From Eledone cirrhosa (taxonomy: Eukaryota): DNA of 64,000 bases. Both the position numbers and the translations under genes were made by a program. Each line of letters opens with the position of its first letter. Position 1 is the first letter of the stretch. Below are positions 42,701-54,700 of the stretch, in pieces. Under the pieces are notes generated by a model. The model searched no databases. It was not told where the DNA came from and saw nothing but the letters and a program-made list of their open reading frames with translations. The DNA is taken from positions 45,322,001 to 45,386,000 of the forward strand of contig OZ024740.1 of the NCBI GenBank assembly GCA_964016885.1, read 5' to 3'.

Positions 42701-45700
42701 ATCACTATTTTTGGAGACAGAAGTAATTAATTAATGTTCAATGCAAAGTGTTGTGTAAAGGTTGAAGTTCAGTTAATGTCCACTATAGATTAAAGATTGA
42801 AGTCCACTATAGTGAGATGGTTGAAGTACTATGGGCATGTGGTTAGAATGTCTCAGGAGAAAATCACTAGACAGATATTACAGGCAAAACAAATGGCAGG
42901 AGACCCAGGGGTAGACCCTAAGCAAGATGGTTGGATAATATCCATGAGTTTGGATCAGTTGGAGATGGATTCTTCTGACTGGACCTGTTGGAAGGAGTGT
43001 TTAATGACTCTTCCCCCACGACCCTCTCAGGAATACGTGGGCGAAGAAGAAGATAATATATTTAACCATGACAAAATGGAACATATCTAAATGAGACACA
43101 GTCCTCTGGCTCATCTAGAAGGTCAGTAGCTCCAATTAAATACTGAGTTGGTCTGTAATGACCCATCCAACTCATGTCAGTATGGAAAAGCAGATGTAAA
43201 ATGATGATGATGATGAAGTGCATATTTGACTTCCGAAATAAAACTTTTGGTTTCTTTCAGGGTGGTAAAAAGCTTGAACGGTCTCGTGATCTTTTTGAGC
43301 AATGTCTTGAAGGATGTCCTCCTAAATATGCTAAAGGTAAGCTTTTACCATTATATAAATTAGATTTGTTTCGAGTGAGTCCTAAGTGGAATAACATATT
43401 CCCAAAATATTATTGTATTATTTTACTCAATATTTAACCCTTTTGATACCAAACTGTCTAAAACTGCCACTGGTTGTAATGCAAAACTTTTGATTGATTT
43501 TGCATTATTAAGCTGCTGCAATTACATTTAGAACAGTTCAAAGGCATGACAACCTCCTTAGTGTTGGTGATCTACAAAATAAACACACCCAGTACACTCT
43601 GTAAAGTGGTTGGTGATAGGCAAAGTATCCAGCCATAGAAAACCTGCCAAACAAAGACATGACAACCTACCTAGTGCTGATGTTATGTTAAAATACACTC
43701 AAAAACAATCAAAATCAACTGTTTTGATGAACTGGAATGGAGTACAATATCCGGCCTCAAACCACTCTTTCTGATGATATCTGGTTTTTTAGCTGATCCT
43801 AGGAGGTCTGCTATACACTCCCAGTTGTCCGCACCACTTAGAAGACTTGATTCTTGTGCCCGGTATGGCATAGCTATTCCTGGCCATAATTTGCTGCCTC
43901 CTGCTGTATAGAATGTTATTGGAGATTCTCATATTATGGGTTTTACTTTTGCCATACTTATCATAATTACGATCTCCTTCAGCACTTGATTATGTCTCCA
44001 CATATAAATTGTCTATTGTTTTTATATCTGTGATGTCTATTCTTGCTTAAAAACCACATATCTTGTCTTGTTGCCAGCTATATATTTGCTGTACTCTAAG
44101 TTAGAAGAAGAACATGGCCTTGCTCGCCATGCTATGAAGGTCTACGACAGGGCTATTGAAGGTGTACTAGAAGAAGAAAAACATGAGGTTTGAAATTTCT
44201 CAAATTTATTTCTCTTTTGTAGAACTTAACCAAAATTACATATTTTCACTTCAACTAATTATTGATTACTTAAAATAAACAATAGATCTAGCATGAAGAA
44301 AATAGAAATATCTCACCTGATTTCCTAAATTCATTTCACATACTCTACTCATACACACACTCACACAAGCCCATCCCTAACTTTAACCAAGTCTAACCTA
44401 AATAATGAATGTATGGACCCCTATCTCCTGTTAGAGTCATAAGTGTGCCATGTAGTGACATGTGGCATTTCGTTTAAATCTGGCAGAGCCCATCCCCTCT
44501 CCAGATTTAAATTTCTTCCCAAGTAAGGGGAAAGAATAATAGAGAGCAAGTGAGATATAGAGGAAGAATCAACCCCAGTACTGGATTGGTACTTTTTTTA
44601 TTGACCTCAGAAGGATGAAAGGCAAAAGACTTTGGTGGGATTTGTCATCTTAATAAACCCTAACTTTAAACCTAGTGTCTATATATCCAGTGAAACCAAC
44701 AAGATATTTTCATTTTCTTCATGCAAGATCTAATATCAGTGGTACCTATATCAAGTTTAACTACAGATCATCTAAGAATTACAAATAAGCTTTGTTCTTG
44801 ATTTAGTGATAATATGATTCAGACTTTTTTGTTGTTTTGTTTTTTTTCAATGTATAACTTCTCTTTAATTATATATATTTTTTTAATCTTTAAGAGCATA
44901 TTTTAAGTTTATTCAATATTATTCTTACTCAGATGTTCAACATTTACCTCAAAAAGGCAGCTGAAATTTATGGTGTGACTCACACTCGAAGTATCTATGA
45001 AAAATCCATTGAACTATTGCCTGATAATCAGGCCAGGTATGTATAGTTACTTCATAGATTAAATATAAACAAAATCTTTATTATATATTCTATAACACAA
45101 TTAAAAGTAAGCCCAAAAAAAAACAAATGCAGGAAAATGTGGGATGGGCCGAACTCTATACCCTCAGCTGGGAAAAATATCTTAGCTGTGTTCTGACAAG
45201 GCAAAATGGTGAAAGCATTGCCTGAGAACAGCCAGCAATATCATCTCATAGGGCAAACTCTATACCCTTTACTAAACAGTGTATCTCAATTGCAACCCAC
45301 AGACAAAATGGTAAAAATGTTACCACAGAGATCAGCCAGTGATTCCCAGCTGCTTCAGCCATTCTACATTATGAGGCTCCATCCTCAGACATAATGCCTT
45401 CCCAATATGGCAAAGGTTGATAGTAGTCCAGGGACTAAGGACAAAGGAGGTCTCAGCAACAACTACCACAAAAAAGAATCAGTCTATCAGTGTCTTTAAT
45501 CATCTGCTTCACTGTAACACCAGCAGCAGTGCCTGTATTTAACACTTGCCCAAGATGCCAGGCTGTGAGATCAGATCTGGGACCTTATGATTGTTAAATG
45601 AATTTCTTAATCTTTCAGCCATACTTATGAAGTTATAATATAATAAATCACTCCCAAAACAGGTCATGTCTATGATACAGATTCAGGAAAATTTTCTAAA

Positions 45701-48700
45701 TTTTCAAATTAATTTTTCAAGTTTTTTTTTAATTCTATCTCTTATAACTATTGTAATGAAGATATCAGTTTTATTGTTATACAAAGATATAGGTAAAATA
45801 TATAACTATCCTTTCTTCTGCAACATTGTGATAAATAGATATTTTATTGTATAGTTATATGGCTAACTGACAAAAAAACTATCTATTTCTTTAAAAGAAA
45901 TATTTTAACTAGAATTCAGGGTTTATTGAAATATTTCATTATTTAATCATTATTTAATAATTTTTTATTTTTTATCATCAGAGAAATGTGTCTAAGATTT
46001 GCCGACTTAGAACGAAAACTTGGGGAAATTGATCGTGCCCGAGCTATTTATGGTCACTGCTCACAAATGTGTGATCCTAGAGTAAGTATTTAAAACTGTC
46101 ATTATTTAATTTCCGTCTAAGGGTTTTCCTCTTATTTTATAGCATCTTCGGGCATGGTCACACCATTCTTTATATTAACTTTATCACCTCAGCATTTTTT
46201 AAAAGTCCGAGAGATCAGCTACCTATACACAGCAATTTGATGTTATATTTTATTGTTTTTAACAATTTCTTCTGAAACATATTAATTAACCCTTTCATTA
46301 GCATTTTTTTTTTTTTTTCTTAACTAATTTCAAAATATATGAATAAAAATGACTTCATTTTATTTCATAGATTACTCCTGATTTCTGGAAAACCTGGAAA
46401 GAGTTTGAAATTAAACATGGCAATGAAGATACTGTTCGAGAGATGTTACGAATCAAGAGAAGTGTGCAAGCAACTTATAACACTCAGGTATATGTCAAAT
46501 TGAAGGTTCTATTTTACACATAGTTTCATGAATGAGGGTGTGCAGCCTAGTGGTTAGGGTGTTAACTGATGGTTGTATGGTTATGAGTTTGATTTCTGGC
46601 CTAGTTGGTTTATTATGTCTTGAACACCCTTTATTTTACATTGCTTCAGTCTACTCAATTGAAAAAGAATGAATACCAGCTGTAGCTGGAGATTAACCCT
46701 GGGATAGACTAGCATCTTGTCCAGGGAAGAGTTCTCTACTCTCTGTCACTTAACCAATACAAGTGTAAAAATGGATATTAATGATGATGAAACTAGGATA
46801 AGCTTTGGGCTGATGGACTAGCATCCTATCCAGGGAGCAAGCATGTATTCTCTGTCACTTAAGACCAATGAAAACTCCAGCCTGATGAGCTTGTGACAGA
46901 TTTTAACTATGTGATGGAGGCACATGGCTTAGTGGTTAGAGCATTGGCCTTGCAATCGAAAGGTTGTGAGTTCAATTCTCAGACCGGATGATGTGTTGTT
47001 TCCTTGAGCAAGACACTTTATTTCACATTGCTCCAGTTTACTCAGCTGTAGAAATGATATGATAGGGCCTGGAGTCCATATCATTCCACGGCAAAAAAGC
47101 ACCCAGCACTCACTGTAAATGAGGTTGATGTTAGGAAGAGCATCCAGCTGTAAAAATCAAGCCAGAATCAGTTCCCGTCCCACCCTTGCAAGCAGGGAAA
47201 CGCGGACGTAAAAATGATGATGATGGACTGGCATCCTACCCAGAGAGGAGTCTTATTCTCTCAATCAATTAACACCAATGAAACGAAGGTCAGCTCTGAC
47301 TTGATGAGTCTCTGAGCTTGGAACATACTTTAACTCTGTACTCTCAGTCCCTTAAAACCAATGAAACCAGGATCAGCGCTGACCTGATGAATCTCTGGGC
47401 ATGGGACAAATTTTAACTTCATTTAGTATTTTCTAATTTTTCAGCAAAACCTTTTTTCATTATATTTTATTTAATTTGGCATTATTGTATTTCTATGCTA
47501 TTTTTATTGCCATTAAGCATTTGTTTAGTTTGAAATGTTTAGGCACGTGGCTGAGTGATTAGAGAATTGGATTCGCAATCGTGAGGTTGTGAATTTGATT
47601 CCTGGACCGGGCGATGCGTTATGTCCTTGAGCAAGACACTTTATTTCACGTTGCTCCTTCTACCTGGAGTTGCGACCGATAGAGAGTATTAGCAATTGGA
47701 AAGACCAACGAAAACATTGTTTCCGCAGTCCGATTTGATGAAAGTCGATTGATTCCCTTAGTTTGAAATACTTAAAACTTTGGAGCATTTAAGTCTGATA
47801 ATTTCTTATTAAATTTTTTACAAAGCTTTCCAATGTTTAAAAAATCTGGGAAGTTATGGCATTCACACTTCTCCCATAATATGTTAATACAGTTAAACAA
47901 AACGAGTTAATCCAAGTATTAACATAAGATGATATATTTACTCAGTTGCCCAATCTAAACTAGCATGTCATTAAAAAAATTAATTTCTAAAAACTTACAT
48001 ACATAAAGTCAGTGGTTTAAATGTTGGCATTAGTAAAAGTGAAATGTATTTTGAGTGACTGCAGCCTGACCAAATGTTAAGTTCACTTCACAATCATTAG
48101 ATCCTAGGTCATCTTAGACAAATGTCATTTATCATAGCCTCATGTTGATCCAAGCCTTGTGAGGGAAATTGGATAGATGGAAACTATTTTGAAACACATT
48201 AGATGGATTGTACTTTTAATTCAAAGAGCCAACCTTGTCACACATTGTGTCATGCAGGATCTCTTTAAGAATTATGTTCTGGGTACTAACATTAATGAAA
48301 TGCTCAGCCACATAAAAGCTGCCTGTTCCATTAATTGAACAGAATTCAATGTCATTCCAGTTGTTGGTTTTTGGCACTTTTAATTTGACAAATATATATA
48401 TATATATGCACACACACAGACATTATATATAACTTTGCCTTTCATGCTTACGGGGTCGATAAAATAAAGTACCAGTAATGTACTGGGTAATTGCTGGCCT
48501 CGTGCCAAAAGTAGAAACAATTATATATATAATATATATATACACACACACACACATCATCATCATCGTTTAACGTCTATCTTTCACGCTAGCATAGGTT
48601 TAGACGGGAATTGTCTCACTCGAGGCAAGATTAGTCATCTCGCTCGTATGGGACTGTCTGGCAGGTTTTCTACGGCTGGATGCCCTTCCTAACACCAACC

Positions 48701-51700
48701 ACGTTTACAGTGTGGACTGGGAGGTTTTTACCGTGTTACCTACACGGCCACATTACAGCGTGGACTGTGTGTTTTTTTTTGTCGTGATACCTTCACGACC
48801 TCATGCAGATCCTCTGCACACAATGCCCATGTCTCACTGCCATGTAACATAGCTGTTTGTATGCAGGCATCATACAGTCTGCCTTTCATTTTTAGAGAGA
48901 AACCTTTAGCGGCCAATAGTGGTATAAGCTCTCTGAACTTTTTCCATCCCGTTCTGACTCTAGCTACTGTACTTTATGAGCACCCTCCACCACTTCTGAT
49001 TTTGTCACCCAGGTAACGGAAGGTGTCAACTATTTCTATAGAGCCATCTGGGCAATAGAAGGAGCTAGTACCCTGTGGGCGCTTGCTACTTATTGCACCT
49101 GAGCACCGGCCACATATAAAATCTACGTTCTTAGATAGCTTACCTGTGATCCCACTACATCTTTTATGCACCCATACTTTGCATTTGGGACATAAAATGG
49201 AATTTCTGCCTACTTCTTTCCTACACACTGAGCATGGCCATTTCCCAGAGGGGACCTGTGCCCTATTTTCCTTCCTACAAACTAGGACTTTAGTCTTAGA
49301 CAAGTTAATTTTAAGGCCTTTTGATTCTAGGCCATGCTTCCAAGTTTGGAATTTCTTCTCTAGTTCAACCATCGATTCAGCTATGAGCGTTAGATCATCT
49401 GCATAGAGAAGTTCCCATGGGCAGCCGGTCTTGAACTCCTCTGTTATAGCCTGAAGGGCAATAATAAATAGGAGGGGGCTAAGGACTATATTCGTTGTTA
49501 ATTCTAACCTTGCTGACTGTTTCTTTATACATGGCTTGTATAGCTCTTACAAGCCATTCATCAGCCCCTAGTTTTCTAAGGGCCCACCAGATAATGGCGC
49601 AGGGGACTCTGTCAAATGCTTTCTTCAAGTCAACAAAAGCTAAGTATAGGGGTTTACTTTTAGCTAGGTCGTACAAGGAAAAGGGCGTCTGTGGTACTTT
49701 TACCTGACACAAACCCATACTGCATTTCATCTAGATCAATTTGCTCTCTGATAAGTTGCGCTATAACTTTTTCTGTGACCTTCATGACTTGGTCAATTAA
49801 TTTAATGCCTCTATAGTTTCCTCTATCTAGTGCATCTTCTTTACCCTTGTAGCAGTTAATGATGATGCTGCTACGCCAGTCATTTTGTATGACCCCATTC
49901 TGTATGACTTGGATTACTATCCGGGTGACCATAGTGTGTCCCACTGTTCCAGATGCTTTCAGCATTTCAGCAACTATCTCCGAAGGCCCCGCTGCCTTGC
50001 CTGACTTCATATCTTTGATTGCCTTACTTATGATACTACCTTCAACTTGCACTGCTGGTCCCTCTATTGGATCGATGTGGGGCAGACTATCTTTGTCCCA
50101 TTTATTCTCCTCATTTAGTAGCCTCTCGTAGTGACACTTCCAAGCTACCTTCTTATCACCATCAGTGATGGCAAGTACACCATCATCATTACGGACACAC
50201 TTCTCCCCAACAATATCACAGTTTTCCTTGACACATTGCCTAGCAATCCTGAACACCTCACATTTTTGGTCCTCACATTGTAGAACATGCTTGAACTTTC
50301 TTTCCTCTGCTTCTCTTCTTGCAAAGTACACTTGTCTTCTAGCTTCCCTCCTGGCCACTTGATAGTGTTCTCTACTTCCCCCATCCCACCATACTTTCCA
50401 AGCCTGCTTTTTGGCCTTGATTGACTCCTCCACCTTACTGTTCCACCACCAAGTTACTCTCCTCCTGCCTATAGATCTGCTCCAGCCACAGATTTCATCT
50501 GTGGCCTTCAGCAGGTTAACTTTCAGGAATTCCCACTGTTCTTCTATATTGTACGACTCTAATTGCTCTTCCTTACTGTCAAAAGCATCAAGTAATATGC
50601 TTTTAAACTTGTTACTGGTTGTGGGGTCCTTTAACTTCCATATTCTTCTCCTTAGGGTAGTCCTCCTCTGTTGTTGAGTACGTCTCGTCCTAACTATGAG
50701 GTTGCTAACTATGAGGCTATGTTGGGAGGTGTATTCTTCATGGGGGAGGGATTTAGTGTTTACAACAGACACTCTGTCACGTCTTCTGGTAAGGATATAA
50801 TCTATCTGACTGGCGGGATCCCCTGATCTATAGGTGATCAAATATATCAATGAGGTGGAGATTTGACCACAAACTTGAGCGGTTTCAGCTTGTAACCTCT
50901 TCAAGCTGCTTCTTATATTCATAAGTCACATAGTATTATTGACGCTACTGTATTTCTGCAGCCGCAACCTGGTGCAGTCTGTGACTGACTCAGGTTCTGC
51001 TGCACGTCGGGCTGAGGAGGCCAAGCTCCTCAAATACCGGTCGCTCTCCAACAGGTTTGCGGTCGTACCCCTAGCAGTGGAGACTTCTGGTGTCCTCGGC
51101 CCCAGGGCTACCTCCTTATTCACCACCATAGGCACTGAGCTGGCCAGCTGCAGGTGTGAGCCCCGCAAGTTGGAGTGGCTTTTCCAGCGCGTCTCCCTTG
51201 CCGTCTTCCGGGGAAACGCCTTCTCCATCCTGTCTGCGGGGGGGGGGGGGGGGGCATCGCATATCATTTTTGTAAATCTGACAACAGTTTATGATTTAAA
51301 AAAAAATAAAATAAAATAAAGTTGGCAGTATCTAAAGAAGTAAAAAAAATTAATACCTACTCATTAATTTTGTACCATTTTTATAAGCAATTTTGTAAAA
51401 TATACAAAACATCAAAAGCAAGATATAGTCACCTGGTTTCATACCATGACAACCTGTCTAACTCATCATAGCATGGAAAATAGACATTAAACGGTATTGA
51501 GGATGATGATGATGGTGATCACTATTTCTTTAAAGAGATCCTATAAAAGAATGTTTACTGAAATGACTGCTTTTATTTTTAGGTTAATTTCATGTCTGCT
51601 CAGATGTTGGCTGCCACAAATACAAAAGGAGAGGAACCAAACACTGGTAAATGTCATCATCTTTTTATATTTTAACAATATTACTCTTTGTAAAGTGGTC

Positions 51701-54700
51701 GTGCTGGTGCCACAATCAAACATAACCACTACACTCTGTAAAGTGGTAGTGTTGGTGCCATAATAAAACACACCCAGTGCACTCTGTAATGTGGTAGTTC
51801 TGGTGCCATTATAAAACACACCCAGGATACTCTGTAATGTGGTAGTGTTGGTGCCATGGCAAAACAGAAAAACAGATCCAGTACACTGTAAAATGTTACT
51901 ATCAGTGCCACAATGAAATACATCCAGTACACTGTAAAGTGGTAGTGCTGGTGCCATGATAAAAAAACACCAGTACACTCTGTAATGTGGTGGTGTTAGT
52001 GCCATGATAAAATGCACTCAGTACATTCTACAAAGTAATAGTGCTGGTGCCACAATAAAACACACCCAGTACACATTGTAAAGTGATAGTGTTGGTGCCA
52101 TGATAAAATACACCCAGTAAACTCTGTAAAGTGGAATCCTGGAGCCATAATAAAATGCACGCAGTACACTGTGTAAAATGATAGGTGTTGATTTTGTATA
52201 TTTTTTAATTTAATTAGGTGCTAATGAAGAAGTAAATGAAATGAAGAAACTTGAAGAGAAGGCCCGACAACTTGCTGAGGAGGCTGTCTCAGACCAGATT
52301 AAACCAGATAAAGGAATCTTGTTTGTGAGGTAAGCCATGCTATCCTGTTTGCTATATTCTTGTTCCAAGTTTTTTACTTTGTAGATATATTAGTATGTTG
52401 TAAAGTAGTAGTGCTGATACCACGATAAACTGCACTAAGTACACTCTAAGTGGTAGTGCTGGTAACACAATAAACTGCACCCAGTACATTCTGTAAAGTA
52501 GTAGTGCTATGCCATGATAAATTGCACCCAGTACACTCTGTGAAGTGGTTGGCATTAGGATGGACATCCAGCTGCAGAAACCATGTTGAACATATAAGTG
52601 AGGCATGATTTTCAGACCATGATGACCCATTCAACCTATACCAGCAGGAAAAGCTGGATATAAAATGATGACAGATAGTAAACTCTGTCATTACTGTAGG
52701 GTGTGACAAGCTTGCCTTACAAGTTAAGCTGGCTCTGGTTGATAGACCCTGCAATGAGTCCCTATTCATGGGTTGTGGGTAGTAACCTCATGCATTACTA
52801 TAGTGTGTAGCAACCCTACTTTACAGGAGTCCAGGCTCAGCTGGTTCTAGTTGACAATCTAGAATGGGTCTCTATCTACGGTTATAGATATCTCCTGCCC
52901 CTCAGGTTGGTATCCAGTCTGTGTTAAGAAATGAGGAGTGATGGAAAATGGGTGAAAAAGGAAGGTTGGAAATTTTTCGACAAGAAACACAAGACTAGCT
53001 TATATCACAACAAAAAATACAAGTGAGGGCAAAAATGTTAAACTCCCTCATTAATATCCAACCAAGGAAAGATGATATATTAATGGTCAATCAAGAAAGT
53101 TTAGTATATCCATGGTCAACCATGTAAGGATGGTATATCAATGGTCCACTAAATAAGATTGGTTATAGAAAGTGTTGCAATAATGGAGGTTCCACAGCAA
53201 GTAAAGGAGTAAATAGACTCCATGATATAACTCTATACTTAAACATAAACCTTTTTGACTGAATTTTTTATTTTTCAATGATATATTAGCTGTTCTGACT
53301 TATATGAATATAATTTTAAATATTTAATCAAATATCAAGAGCTAATAAGCTATATATTTTCATTTTTCCTTGTTTGACCATTTTCATAGCAAACAACTTG
53401 AAACTGCACTTAGTTCTATAATACCAAACTGTTTATTTTAAAGTGTTTATATCTGATTTAAATATAAACCTTTCTACATAATTTTATGGAAGAAATACCA
53501 GCTTAATTATGAATAAGTTAGTTATTTTACAAATTCCCTCCAAATTCTTGTTTATTTTCAAAAGTAATAGAAAATAATAGACAATGACTTTGATTAAAAA
53601 TATAAAGGGTTACATCATTTTTTTTTCTGAAACATAATCCATGCTACAATATCTTATACTTCTTCCATGTATAATAAAATTGTTTGTGAATATCAGAAAG
53701 ATATTTGACTACAAAGTAAAATAATAATTAATTTCTTCATGTTAACAGGAGCAACACAACAGATGAAGATTTGGGTGAATATACCAAGACAACCAATCCT
53801 GATGAAATTAATATTGACGATGACTTTGATACTGATGAAGATGAAGAAATTGAAGGTTAAAGTTTGATTTCTTTTCAAAAAGAGCTAATTATTAATTATC
53901 TAGTTTTATTAGATGATTTGTTAATTTTATTTATCATAAGTTTAATTTCTGCCTTCTGGCTTTTTTAGGGGTACCAGTCCATGAAGGTGGATTGGCAGAA
54001 TTGTTTGGACAACAGATGATATGTTTTATGCTATCTGTTCCAACACTTTGCATTATGAATTCAAATCCCACTGATATGTCAGGGTTTATCACCTGACCAT
54101 GGGACCACAACTGATTATGAAAGCTGCAAAGGATGGAGGAAGATTGTGGACATCTGTTACTCTAGTGAAATGATAGCCAGAGCTGACCACTTGACCACAA
54201 TTGACTATGAAGGCTGATCGCCTAGAGGTTAGAGTGTTGGACTTGGGCTTATGTCATGCATTCGATTCCTAAACAGGATGGCATGTTGTTGAGCAAAACA
54301 TTTCATTACACATCTACATTACACTGGGAGTTAAACCTGCAATGAACTGGCGACCTGTCCAGTTTGTACTCTTATGCTTTCAGTCACTTGACGCCAAGAA
54401 AACCAGGATAAGCACCAGCCTGATGAGCCCCAGGCTCAAGACAGACTTTAGACTTTAGAATATATAATGAAATTATTGTGTAAAGTGCTCAGGTGCACTA
54501 CAACTCACCAAAAGGTGCATGTATAGTACATAGAATAATATACAAATGTCAGGGAAGTGAACAGTGTATGAGTCATGATATACGTGTGCATGTGTGTGGA
54601 GGGGGAATCTCGGGAAGCATGGAGGTTTTAAAGGATGCAGAGTCTCGACAGCTAACAACTGATGCAGGTAGTTTGTTCCATGCTTCAGCAACTCTGAGCG

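Noticed and set aside
49660-50922. 420-aa ORF as a host gene or active LINE
   Set aside because: It is a fragment of a truncated RTE ORF2 with downstream deletions and frameshifts; its N-terminus is flanking DNA.
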